A program made the translations under genes and the position numbers. Below the pieces are notes generated by a model that saw nothing but the letters and a program-made list of their open reading frames with translations, did not search any database and was not told the origin of the DNA. DNA of 63,828 bases, filler included, from Octopus bimaculoides (Eukaryota), in assembly GCF_001194135.2 (NCBI RefSeq). It is 7 parts of 7 records of this genome, joined end to end, with 100 filler letters (N's around TTAATTAATTAA, not from the genome) between each part and the next. Parts side by side here need not be neighbours in the genome. Positions count along the whole stretch, not along the records: positions 17,359 to 42,146 come from NC_068995.1; 6 more parts are not named here. One strand, 5' to 3'. Of the stretch, positions 22,952 to 34,625 are shown in pieces (position 1 is the first letter of the stretch; the number at the start of each line of letters is the position of its first letter).

Positions 22952-24991
22952 TTAGTCATATGACAGCAATTGGTTTTGCATGTGTAACCATTTTGGGAAC
23001 TGGTTGGGTTGATGAGCGTAGGTATCTGTGAACTCTGAGGAGTGAACAGGTCGGTTGTTCACTTGGTCTATAAAAGATGCAAACTGGCTTGAAAAAATAG
23101 AGCTTCTCAAGTCTCGCTCCTCCAGAGGCTCAGGCTTCATACACATCCTGTCTTGTGGATTAGGCATATAATGAGGATTAACAGGTGATAACGAAGAGGA
23201 ATGCAGAGGCCTTCTCCCCAGAGCAGCAGGACTCCGAGAGTTGGATGTCAGATACAATTCTTGACGTAACTGTGAAGCAGACGAATGGTTTAGAGATGCC
23301 ATAGATGTTAAAGCTTGAGTAAGAAGTGGGTAAGTCTTCTTACTCTCTTTTGATATCTTTTGTATGGGCAATGATAAGCTGGACGGTGCTGTGTTTCTTA
23401 AATGTGCCATTTGCTGCTGCTGCTGCTGCTGCTGCTGTTGTTGCTGGTGCTGTTGTTGTTGTTGCTGATGGTGTTGTTGCTGTTGTTGTTGTTGCTGTTG
23501 TTGTTGTTGCTGCTGCTGTTGATGCTGTTGCTGTTGATGTTGTTGTTGTAGATGGTGATGGAGGTTGTATGGCGAGTTGTTCAGCGATGACATAAGATTT
23601 GGGGATGTCTCAGAATGTAAGGATTGAAACTGACTAGCGTAGAATGGCGGAACTTTGGCTGCTGTTGACCATGGAGACAATTTAGACATGAAAGACGGTT
23701 GAAGAGAAGGTTTCTGAGCAGGCAAAGCCGAAGCAGGTGGAGGGGGACGCAGGGGGTAGACTCTCTTGCGGTCCCTTTTTAATTGATTGCGTAACTGACT
23801 GATAGCAGTCGTAGTAATTCGGGGCGTTGTACGTCTTGACGAAGATTTTGGTTTCACCTTCTGTATGGCAGACTGCCGGCAGTCTTGATCACAAATTAGT
23901 GCTTGCTGCTCAAAAAGGGAAGCGGAGCAAGAATCACCAGGAGACATTTGGCAGTCAAAGAGCACCACAGACATTTCACGGAGATTTACTCTGGCAGACT
24001 TTTGAAGAACTCTAGGAAGAGAAATAGATTCTTCTTTTGTTTCATCTAATGGTTCTGAACTTACAGTTTCAATTGGATTAGTTTTGGGAATATTAAAATT
24101 TTCAGCAGAATTCTTCTTAACTTCATCCTCATCAGCAGTAGTGGTAGTAGTAGTAGTAGTAGTAGAAGTGGTAGTGGTACTAGTAGTAGTACCAGTAGTT
24201 GTAGTAGAAGCAGATGTAGCAGTAATAGTAGTCACTGTAGTAGTACTAGAGGTGCTAAAATTTTTTTCAAATGAATCTTTTGTGTCCTCTTCTTCAGAAA
24301 ACTGTTGATCGGCTATTCTTTTAGTTGGTTCCTTTTCACTGGAGACTTTGGTGACAACACTTTCTCGTTTTGGAGAAGCAGTTTTTGAAGAATCTTTTTC
24401 TGAGTTGGTAGTTTCTTCTGAATTAACAGGATTCTGAACAGATTTACTTTCAGTGTTTGTAGTTTTAATGGAATCGTTTTCCTGATTCAAAAGAACATTG
24501 TTTTGTGAAGATGAAACAGCATCCTGTGACTGGCTGGTGCGTTTCACATCTTCTGATTTCCGAAGAGATGAATTCTCTCGGAGTTTTTCACAAAGCTTAT
24601 CGATTCTGGATTTCTTTGAAACAGGTATGGCAACATTTTCATCTAATTCTTCATCATCACCTACTTCAACGACTTGGATGTCTTGTATTCCATCACACTG
24701 AATTCGATGGACAACTTTTTCTTTTCGATAGTTGGCTAATGGCTTTTTGAAATCGCTGTCAGAATTCCTTTCATCAGCAGAAGAGTCATTCATAGATAAA
24801 CCATCTTCTTTACCTCCATCACCCTGAAGAAATTTCTTACGAAAAATGCTTCGTGGCCGTAGCATTTTGGCATCTTCATGAGTAAAAATGCGATCGGGTA
24901 GGACTCCTTCTTCTCCATTTTGTTCCTGACTCATATATAAAGATCCACCAATGTAAATACGTTCCCCTTCCATAGCCCAGTATACAACCAT
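22952..24991 (-). CDS. 679-aa low-complexity, probably intrinsically disordered protein (acidic/Ser-Thr N-half, poly-Thr tract, polyQ/His tract, Pro/Ser-rich C-part); function unknown, possibly nuclear
   Basis: The only long ORF (2040 nt) free of gaps and of microsatellite-only content. Its repeats (ACT/ACC Thr run, CAA/CAG/CAT Gln run) are all trinucleotide and keep the frame. A strong acceptor lies upstream (tttttttttcttccatcag, exon start 25131). Basic KRDRKR patch and an MKPE SUMO-type motif. The true start could be the later Met (MEGERI), or the frame could be entered from an upstream exon via the weak acceptor at 25016-25018. Confidence 0.85.
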   Translation of the reverse strand: MVVYWAMEGERIYIGGSLYMSQEQNGEEGVLPDRIFTHEDAKMLRPRSIFRKKFLQGDGGKEDGLSMNDSSADERNSDSDFKKPLANYRKEKVVHRIQCDGIQDIQVVEVGDDEELDENVAIPVSKKSRIDKLCEKLRENSSLRKSEDVKRTSQSQDAVSSSQNNVLLNQENDSIKTTNTESKSVQNPVNSEETTNSEKDSSKTASPKRESVVTKVSSEKEPTKRIADQQFSEEEDTKDSFEKNFSTSSTTTVTTITATSASTTTTGTTTSTTTTSTTTTTTTTTADEDEVKKNSAENFNIPKTNPIETVSSEPLDETKEESISLPRVLQKSARVNLREMSVVLFDCQMSPGDSCSASLFEQQALICDQDCRQSAIQKVKPKSSSRRTTPRITTTAISQLRNQLKRDRKRVYPLRPPPPASALPAQKPSLQPSFMSKLSPWSTAAKVPPFYASQFQSLHSETSPNLMSSLNNSPYNLHHHLQQQHQQQQHQQQQQQQQQQQQQQQQHHQQQQQQHQQQQQQQQQQQQMAHLRNTAPSSLSLPIQKISKESKKTYPLLTQALTSMASLNHSSASQLRQELYLTSNSRSPAALGRRPLHSSSLSPVNPHYMPNPQDRMCMKPEPLEERDLRSSIFSSQFASFIDQVNNRPVHSSEFTDTYAHQPNQFPKWLHMQNQLLSYD

Positions 24992-25131
24992 AACTACAGC
25001 AATGACCAGGTAATTCTGTGATAGAATTCAAGTTGCAGCAGTATTCTATAGTTTTATCAGCAGTTAGAAGAAATAAAATCCATGTTGGTTTTCTTTTTCT
25101 TGGAAATTGGTTACATAAAACAGCCTTGAAT
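24992..25131 (-). promoter_or_regulatory. Putative 5'UTR portion of the coding exon with an 8-codon uORF (25083-25057, MDFISSNC*)
   Basis: Polypyrimidine tract plus CAG at 25132-25150 on the minus strand. Two in-frame stops (25066-25064, 25030-25028) precede the main ATG. An out-of-frame ATG sits at 25083. Confidence 0.5.
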
Positions 25132-25244
25132 CTGATGGAAGAAAAAAAATAGAAACATGATTCTCATAATTATGAAGAAATTAGATTAATTTATTGTGAA
25201 GGTACAATTATTTAAAACAAAAGAATACATATTTACATAGTCAA

Positions 25245-26889
25245 TTTAAATGTAGACGTGAGAAAGATAACACAGTGTATGTAAATATAGATGTGTGTTA
25301 GGTCACATATGTGTGTAAATGTAAATATGGGTTAGCTAATATATGATGTATGTAAATATAAGCATGAATTAGAGTATGTAAATGTACACATTATATTACT
25401 TTTTAATAGCTTGATCAGGGGAACAAAAGCAGTGGCAATACTCTTTTTAGGACTTCTGTGAATGATGGAAAGAAGTCATTCTCAGACTAGAGACCAAACA
25501 TGAATGCTGACAACAGAACAGATGCTACCAAAAGCAACCAAGAGCCAGGTAGTGATGATAAACCAGATGGATTGGGTTAGATAAAATATACTGGCTACAA
25601 ATGTAGATTTGTGAGATAACATGTGGTGAATGTAAGTGTAGTGACTTAGATTAGATGACTGTAGTGTATGTAAACATAGGTATGTATTAGATGGTTTGTA
25701 GTGTATGCAAATACAGACCTGGGTTGAATAAAATATAATGTAGATACAGACATGGGATAGATATGCAAATTTAGATGCATGTCAGATGACAGTGTACAAA
25801 AATATACACATGGGTTAGACACCATACAGTGTGTCTAAATGTAGGTATGTACTAAACAACATATACAATTTATATGAATGTAGACATGGGTTAAATAACA
25901 TGCTGTATATAATTATAAACATAGTTTAAATAAAATATAGTGTATGTTGACATGGGTTACATAACATTTAATGTAGGTGTGTGTGTGTGTGTGTGCAACT
26001 GCACATGTGCTATTGGTGATTTCTTTTCTTTCTTTGGATGTTTTACTTTTTCCTTTTTGACAAAGAGCTCTCCTCGAAACATCAAAAACCCTCTCTTTTT
26101 ACCAAGTGTCAAACTAATACATTCTTTGTGCACATCTTCATTGTTTGTTATTGTTAATTTTGTTCTTTAATTTGAATTGACCACACACACACACACACAC
26201 ACACATATTAAGGGGTAGTAAGGTATGTAAACACAAATTAGGCTTGATATATATCTATATATATATATATACTTACATGGAACACAAAAAATACAGAATA
26301 AAGAAAAATACAATATAAAGAAATTATGTAATGTCTTGTAGCGACAGCTGTTTCAGGAAGCAAAGAGTTATGTAATAGTCATAACTTGCAGGTGGTATAT
26401 GCAAAAAGTCACAAGTATGAAACCAGTGACCAGTCCAGTGAAGTTATTACAGTAAGTCCAACCTCTCTGGATGCTGTGGCTTTGCTCTGGATGNNNNNNN
26501 NNNNNNNNNNNNNNNNNNNNNNNNNNNNNNNNNNNNNNNNNNNNNNNNNNNNNNNNNNNNNNNNNNNNNNNNNNNNNNNNNNNNNNNNNNNNNNNNNNNN
26601 NNNNNNNNNNNNNNNNNNNNNNNNNNNNNNNNNNNNNNNNNNNNNNNNNNNNNNNNNNNNNNNNNNNNNNNNNNNNNNNNNNNNNNNNNNNNNNNNNNNN
26701 NNNNNNNNNNNNNNNNNNNNNNNNNNNNNNNNNNNNNNNNNNNNNNNNNNNNNNNNNNNNNNNNNNNNNNNNNNNNNNNNNNNNNNNNNNNNNNNNNNNN
26801 NNNNNNNNNNNNNNNNNNNNNNNNNNNNNNNNNNNNNNNNNNNNNNNNNNNNNNNNNNNNNNNNNNNNNNNNNNNNNNNNNNNNNNNNN

Positions 26890-26946
<57 letters not shown>

Positions 26947-27420
26947 GGTAAGATAACATATAGTGTGTATATGTAAAGCATGGGTTATATGAAATATAGT
27001 ACTGCATGTACATGTTAGCATAGGTTTGATGGAATAAAGTGGAAATAAATATAGACATTACTAAGACAACCAAATAACTGTGAAAGTAGACATGGATTGG
27101 ATAGTACAGTATGTGTAAACTTACATGTAGGTTAGAGTATGTAGTGAGTGTGTTTGTGTAAACTTAGACATGAGTTACATAAAATATAGAGTATGTGTAT
27201 GTGTAAATAAGACGTGTTAGGTAACATGCGTAAATGTACAGATGGGTGAGATGACATATTCTGTATGTAAGTGAAGATTGTGATTGTAAATTAGAAATGG
27301 GTACAATAATACATAGTTTATATATTGTAAATGTAGATATGGCTTGCATAACATGCAGCGTGATGTAAAAGTAGATGTGGGTCAGATAATATACAGTGTC
27401 TGTAAACGAAGTCTTGAGTT
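25245..27420. repeat. Degenerate ~35-40 bp minisatellite blocks (25245-25390, 25595-25980, 26945-27420)
   Basis: Recurrent TGTAAATGTAGACATGGGTTAGATAA..TAGTG-like unit. Confidence 0.7.
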
Positions 27421-27923
27421 AAATAAAATTGCATCAGAAAGAAAAATATCTCTTTTCAACAGTTATTAATTATTTCTTCTTCTTCTTCTTATTATTATTA
27501 TTATACATAGTCAATGACAATATTTATTTACACTGGAAATATAAGGAATCTGTTGGCAAGATAGTATAAGTGGAATGATAATGAATACATTAGGTAAGCA
27601 AGTATTGTAATTTAATTACAACAGAGAATGAATAACAGTGAAACATATTCGACATTCCGATGTAATAAATAGGACACTTGTAATCTAAATTTACATATTA
27701 AAGGCTTCACTTGCCACATAACATGTGTAAGCATATTCTACAACCACTAGACTTCCATTCTTGCTTCCGTTTGTCTCTGCACCACATATATACTATAACT
27801 ACAAGAAAATAAAGGCGAGCAGTTAATATGGTTTTGTCCGGCCAGTGTACTTATCAGCTATGATTCTATTGATTATAAGTTACAGCTATGGCAGAGAACA
27901 GCCAAAAATTGCTAAAATACATT

Positions 27924-28017
27924 CTGATTGGCCAAAATGTATTTTGTATAAAAATCCACACCAAAATTAACCAAACAGCCTGACTCATTATTTTGATTGG
28001 CTCAAACTGACCAATCA
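27924..28017. promoter_or_regulatory. CCAAT-box cluster with AP-1 site (possible promoter or enhancer)
   Basis: CTGATTGGC 27924-27932, TGACTCA 27981-27987, TGATTGG 27994-28000 and CCAATCA 28011-28017 (an inverted pair, 10-nt spacer), in unique sequence ~2.8 kb upstream of the coding exon. Confidence 0.3.
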
Positions 28018-28427
28018 GTAAGCTACTCACCAGTTTCTCTTCTGAGCCCTTTCCACAATGTAAATATGAAACATTTTCATGTCATCATTTCAGAGCTTGT
28101 CTTCTTCCAGCATGTTATGCTCAACTCGAAAATGAAGAACATCTCTCACACATTATTTTTCTGTCTCAGACACAGTAAGCTTTCTGATACTTGATCTCAC
28201 GTACACACACGATTAAGATATTTGCCTTTTGAATGTTATATTTGAAGAGCGACTATACTTTGCTGTACCACCATTGCTGTGCTGTTTCCTTGTAGTCAGT
28301 TGTGACCCAGTTATTCCCTTTAATGTTGTCAAAATATTTTCATTTAAGAAAAAGACACATCTATTGTTCTTTTTAACACACCTCTCTCAACACAAAGACA
28401 GCAAAACAAATCTTGAATTAATATTAA

Positions 28428-28647
28428 CCCTTCAGCATTCAGATTACTGTCAAACGTAATGCTTATTTATTCACATTGTTTTGAATTAATCATGCATTAT
28501 CTCACCACTTCAAGATTTCAATGATGTGATTGTTTATTTTTTAGAATGACATTATAAGGTAGATGTGAGAAGCTGGTTCTGGTCAGTTTGAACATAAAAA
28601 TAACCAGAATATTTGGGCTGGATTTGGCCGATTTAAATGCTAAAGGG
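28428..28647. mobile_element. piggyBac-like MITE, second copy in opposite orientation
   Basis: TTAA flanks (28424-28427, 28648-28651), TIR CCCTTCAGCATT/CCCTTTAGCATT. The interior resembles the reverse complement of 19975-20183. Confidence 0.85.
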
Positions 28648-29362
28648 TTAATGTTTGTCAAATAAAATGTTTTCATCCAAAGAAAAGACTTGTCTACTGT
28701 TCCTCTTAATACTTCTCCCTCTCTCTTCCCAATGACAGAATAAATCTTAATATTGATTTCATTAATATTAAACCTGGTAAAAAAACAGATATTAAGGAAA
28801 TTAGTAGTTACCTGCATTGGCATAAATTATGTAGTAAAGTTCATGAGTTTAGATAAATTTGTTGTGTGGTAAGAAAAGAGGAATATGATGGTTCAGGACT
28901 GATCTCTCTCTCTCTGAGATAAAAGCCAAAACATTCACACCTCCATGGCTTATTATAACAAAACTAGGTTTATCAAACACCTGACATTAATAAAACCAGG
29001 TGTTCGGTAAGCCAAGACAGCATAAAAAATAACCGTGGGTGTTGTGACGTGTCAGTTAGAGGCCAACAAAGTATCAAGTTGCAAGCCTGGATTCAATTCC
29101 TGGTTGAAGTTGTTCACTTCACCGATGCAACCGATAGCATTTTAGTTACCCCTACACCCATATTAGGGGTCTGTCATAAGCCCTAGAATTCATAACGTCA
29201 GACCTTAACTGGGTTTTTATGGCATATAAGTGACTGGGGTTACAATACATCCCACCCACCCCCTGCATCCGAATAGGATGCCAGTTCATTGTAACATTAA
29301 CTTCCCATATGTTCATGGAACTCATTTACACCTGAATGGAGAGGTGCAGCAACATGAAGTTA

Positions 29363-29738
29363 AATGTTTTACATTTTACCTTTTACATGTTTCAGTCATT
29401 AGACTGTGGTCACGCTGGGGCATCACCTTCGAGAATTTTTAGTCAAATGAATCAACCCCAGTACTTTTTTTTTTTTAAAGCCTGCTACTTATCCTATCAG
29501 TTTCTTTTGCCAAACCACTAAGTTACAGGGATGTAAACACAGCAACACCAGTTGTCAAGCAGAGACGGGGGACAACTCACACAAAGGACTTCAGTTTCCA
29601 TCTACCAAATCCACTCACAAAGCTTTGGTTGGCCTGAGGCTGTAGTAGCAGACACTTGCCCAAGGTGTCATGCAGTGGGATTGAACCCAAAACTATGTGA
29701 CTGAGAAGCAAACTTCTTACCACACAGCTACACCTGCA
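29363..29738 (-). mobile_element. SINE family B, older copy lacking the microsatellite expansion
   Basis: Both halves are joined through only ACAACTCACACAAAGG; many CpG-to-TpG/CpA changes. Confidence 0.75.
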
Positions 29739-30081
29739 CCTAAAATACACCATGATCTTATGATAACAAGTGCAACCCCTAACCACTAGGTCATATGCCT
29801 TTCCCTACACTCATATACACCCCCCCCCCTTAAGAGAAGCCTATCAATTACATATGTGGGATTGATTCAAACAACTAAAAAGTCTTCAAGGCAGTGCTCC
29901 AGCATGGCCTCAGTGCAATGACTGAAACAAGCAAAACATAAAAGAGTATATGATTAAAAAATAATATCTTGGTCCTTTGTCATCCTCTCTGAAAGGTTCA
30001 GTGTCCTGAGGGCATCCTTCTGTGTACACACACACACACATACATATATATATGTGAAGGGACATGCCTTATGGGTTAGAG

Positions 30082-30844
30082 CAGTGCTTCTCAAGTGGGG
30101 TTCCCTGGAANNNNNNNNNNNNNNNNNNNNNNNNNNNNNNNNNNNNNNNNNNNNNNNNNNNNNNNNNNNNNNNNNNNNNNNNNNNNNNNNNNNNNNNNNN
30201 NNNNNNNNNNNNNNNNNNNNNNNNNNNNNNNNNNNNNNNNNNNNNNNNNNNNNNNNNNNNNNNNNNNNNNNNNNNNNNNNNNNNNNNNNNNNNNNNNNNN
30301 NNNNNNNNNNNNNNNNNNNNNNNNNNNNNNNNNNNNNNNNNNNNNNNNNNNNNNNNNNNNNNNNNNNNNNNNNNNNNNNNNNNNNNNNNNNNNNNNNNNN
30401 NNNNNNNNNNNNNNNNNNNNNNNNNNNNNNNNNNNNNNNNNNNNNNNNNNNNNNNNNNNNNNNNNNNNNNNNNNNNNNNNNNNNNNNNNNNNNNNNNNNN
30501 NNNNNNNNNNNNNNNNNNNNNNNNNNNTATATACTGTTGTGTCTGGGGAGAGTAATTTTCTTATCGTGCCTTAAAATTTAACACACTCACCGTTAAGGCA
30601 CGATAAGAAAATGACACTCCCCAGACACAACAGAATATGCTTCAACACACGAAATCACATAAAAAATCTTGCAAACCAAATCCAAAAACGAAATATATAT
30701 ATATGATATTTACCATGTGAAGTACGATGAAAAAAATATGAGAAAGATATGGTATATAATTTTTTTTTTTTTTGAGTAGGGGTTCCTTGAGACATGTAAC
30801 TTCTTTTTAGGGTTACCCAAGGGTAAAAAGGTTGAGAAACACTG
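30082..30844. mobile_element. hAT-type (Charlie-like) MITE, spanning a gap and carrying a nested foldback element
   Basis: TIRs CAGTGCTTCTCAA / TTGAGAAACACTG (12/13). Perfect 8-bp TSD GGTTAGAG at 30074-30081 and 30845-30852. It splits the head of a tRNA-SINE (30056-30081 continues at 30853). Confidence 0.85.
30534..30691 (+). mobile_element. Foldback element, short (internally deleted) copy
   Basis: 41-bp arms (30534-30574 / 30593-30633, 2 mismatches, 18-nt loop) plus a tail shared with the 43609 copy; flanked by (TA)n. Confidence 0.7.
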
Positions 30845-32556
30845 GGTTAGAGTGTCACTCATGGTTGCACAATCGAAATTACAGGCAGTGCATTGTGTCT
30901 TTGACCAAAACACTTCATTTCACGTTGATCTGCGATCACTTCAAAATCTGATGCTGGTACATTGCACAACTTTCAATGTTGATTTGATGGACAGAGTGAG
31001 CTTAATGGACAGCATAAACGTTTTGTCACAATAAACAAATCGTCTGTGCAGGTTGTTCAGCAAGAAATTGTGGAAACCTTATCAGTCATCTACATCAGGA
31101 GAATCCTCTCTGTGTGTGTGTGCGCGTGCGCTTGTGTGTGCCTGTGTCTGTATGAATGCTTACAAAGTATGCTGAGCTGTGGATTGTGAAGCCATTGTTT
31201 ACAGCTCAACTACAGCTGATGTTACCATTACACATCATCGTCGTCGTCATTTTAACGTCCATTTGTCTATGTTTGCATGGGTCGGATGGAGTATGCTGAG
31301 GTAGATTCTCAACAGCTGGATGCCCATCCTGTCATCAACCCATACCTGTTTCCAAGCAAGGAATTATATTTCCCCATTGCTGGACATGTTTTTGTGAAAG
31401 AGTAGAAACAAGCAGCATAAGGCAGCGAGCTGGCAGAAACGTTAGCACGCCAGGCGAAATGCTTAGCGGTATTTCGTCTGCCATTTAGTTCCGAGTTCAA
31501 ATTCCGCTGAGGTTGACTTTGCCTTTCATCCTTTCGGGGTCGATAAATTAAGTACCAGTTACGCACTGGGTCGATGTAATTGACTTAATCCCTTTGTCTG
31601 TCCTTGTTTGTCCCCTCTATGTTTAGCCCCCCCCCCTTGTGGGCAATAAAGAAATAAGAAACAAGCAACACTGCTTGTATGACGGTGGTGCTCAATTATA
31701 ACTATTGCATGATGTCAAAACAAGGACACACACACACACACAACAGGCTTCTTTCAGTTTCCATCTGCCAAATCCACTCTCAAACCTTTGGATACAGCAC
31801 ATTCATCAAAACCACAACCACTAAAGGCATACTGGCCAAAAGACAGACAACCAAAAACAAACATATCAAAAGATATATTCAATGGAAACTATTCACAGAA
31901 ACAGATATTTGCAGAAATGCATATTTATAGAAAAATAGAAAGTAAAACTTAATGTTCACTTTTCTTTTAAATGACAAGAACAAATTATTTTTTAAAGTTA
32001 AATGTAGTTTCAATTTATTTCCAAGCAATAGCTTTTGTCTTTCTTGTATTTATCCTATTTATTTTCTTTCTTCTTTCCAACAGAAATATGAAATAGACTG
32101 AAATTTAATTCCTTCTAATTTAAAAAAAGAAGTAACTTACTGTAATTTTAAAATGGTAAAAGCAATTTATTTTTTAAATGAAATATATTTTTCAATTATT
32201 TTCTGGGTATATATGTGTATGTATTTTCATTATGTATAGCATCAAACACAATAAAAATTTGATTCTTTTAATTCCTTCAATAGTAACAATAACAACAAAA
32301 AAAAAGTGAAAATTGATCTTAAAGTGTTAATGATGGTCAAGGCATATGTGTTTTTGAATAGATATGCGTTCCACTACATGTGCAAAGGAATACCACTATA
32401 AATATAACAGTCTGAAACAAATGTCCACACCTCAAAGAATATATTGGAAAATGGCTTGTGAAGTTGTTTGTAAGCTAAAGCCAAAATTATTAGCCACTAT
32501 AAGACATTTTCACAAGGTAGAATTCCCTGGAAACAGTTATTATTCTGTATGTAAAC

Positions 32557-32941
32557 ACTCTTTCACTTGTTTCAGTCATTTGACTGTGGCCATGCTAGAG
32601 CACAGCCTTTAGTCGAGCAAATCGACCCCAGGACTTATTCTTTGTAAACCTAGTACTTATTCTATCGGTCTCTTTTGCCGAACTGCTAAGTGACGGGGAC
32701 ATAAACACACCACCATCGGTTGTCAAGCAATGCTAGGGGGACAAACACAGACACACAAACACACACATATATATACATATACATATATACAACGGGCTTC
32801 TTTCAGTTTCTGTCTATCAAATCCATTCACAAGGCTTTGGTCGGCCCGAGGCTATAGTAGAAGACACCTGCCCAAGATGCCACGCAGTGGGACTGAACCT
32901 GGAACCATGTGGTAGGTAAGCAAGCTACTTATCACACAGCC
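32557..32941 (-). mobile_element. SINE family B, full length
   Basis: Reverse complement collinear with 36185-36591. Confidence 0.85.
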
Positions 32942-34214
32942 AATCTCTATTCTCTTGATTCTTAATCTATTAACATTCTATTAAGAAAAGGGAAAAAACA
33001 AGCCCATTTCAGGAATCACCAGTGAGTTGTAATTATTTCCATCTCTAATGAAATATCTCACTTTATAAAATGTTTAATAAGTCACAAGTTATGTCATGCT
33101 AGTGATTTCTAAAAAGAATGAAATAGTCCTACAATTACCAATGAAAAAAGCATTAAAATAAGTAAATTCTAGATATCTTCTTTCCTTATAATTCCTTAAT
33201 TTCAATTTCAAATCTCAAATCCTGCTTCATATTATGATGAAATGGTTATCTCCCATGTAATAGCTATGACCATTAGGTGGGGGAAGGCTTTCAAAAATAA
33301 GCACATGGCCACAGAATTTGAAAGTGCAATAAAGTCAGTTTAATCTACTCTTATTTTATCAACCTGTGAAGAAGATGACAAGCAAAGCTGACTGCAGTGG
33401 GATTTGGTTACAGAAGCTAAAGAAATACAACTTATTGGCTGCAGACTGTTTTGCTACATCTGTGTTCTGTGAATTTATTGCCACACCAACCATTACCCTT
33501 GTAATAACTATTTCTAACATAGGCACATGACCAGACCAATTCAGTGGACACAAGTACTTGACCAATATTTAAGTAGTTGACCTCAATTAATTTCTGTGTA
33601 TCCAGTATATCCTTTCACGACATGAGTGTTTATATTTTATTGATATTGCAAATAACTTCTTCAACCCAATGTTAGATTACAGATTTGATATAATCTCTTC
33701 ATTCTGATTTCTATATTAACAATTTCTAAATATTAGGATTTTAAAATATCATGAAAGTTTATTTAAATATCAGTAAATCATTGCATTATTTTTATAGAGA
33801 TCTATTTTTTTTTTCAGGGGGAGGTATTAATATCTTGACAAATATTCCCCTTTTTCATTGATATGTTTATTGTTCAGCTTTGTCTTTTGACCAAGGAATA
33901 TATCTTTCAGGTCAATATGCTTGCAACCAATAGATTTTCAACAAATCTCCCCNNNNNNNNNNCTGCAGATACACAATCTGATACTGACTAAATGCTACTT
34001 ATTCAAAGCAAGACATTACCTTTACTTAGCGGGAAAAAAAAAACATGCTGACTGTTATACATACTCAGTTACAGTAAGGCATATAAAAATTAACATCCTT
34101 ATATATAAATAAATCTAACAGTTAACTAATGTATAGAACACGGGCAAAAGCCAGTAAAAATCACAATGGTTGAACCAAGACAATAAAAGAGAAGGCAACA
34201 ACAACAAAGTCGAG

Positions 34215-34625
34215 AGAAGCAATGTTGCTTGCTTCTCTTGTTTCATGCTCTTTCTTAATGGGGTTGAGGTAATCCCTGATTGGTGATCCCAGAGACGTTA
34301 TCATGTGGTAGAGCTAACCAGGTCTATCAGTGCTCTCCATTGCCAGTGGCCCCATGCTAGCTCCTCTGCATCCTCCAAGGTGATGTTGAGTCTCTGGAAA
34401 TCTTCCCCAATCACGTTCAGCCATTTGGTGTGGAGACTGCCATGAAGCCTCTTCCAGCCCCACAGCTGCTGCATTGAATGAAAGTAAGACCCTGGTAGGA
34501 TAATCTGGTGAGAGATGGAAGACCTGTCTGTACCAGTGCATGTAACAGATATCTATAAGGTGGGAGGCAGAGGGCAGATGCATGCAGGCATGCAGTTCCT
34601 TGTTGGAAACAAAGTGTCATTAGAC
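34215..34625 (-). mobile_element. Decayed RTE-type LINE ORF2 C-terminal fragment
   Basis: FVSNKELH..HWYRQVFHL..KWLNVIGEDFQRLNITLEDAEELA..WRALI, with frameshifts. Confidence 0.7.

Noticed and set aside
23326-24750. Plus-strand ORFs (polyA/V, polyV and others) overlapping the polyQ CDS
   Set aside because: Antisense shadows of the Gln and Thr codon runs.
26340-26493. Possible RTE remnant (RWYMQKV..PVKLL)
   Set aside because: Similarity too weak and the segment is cut by a gap.
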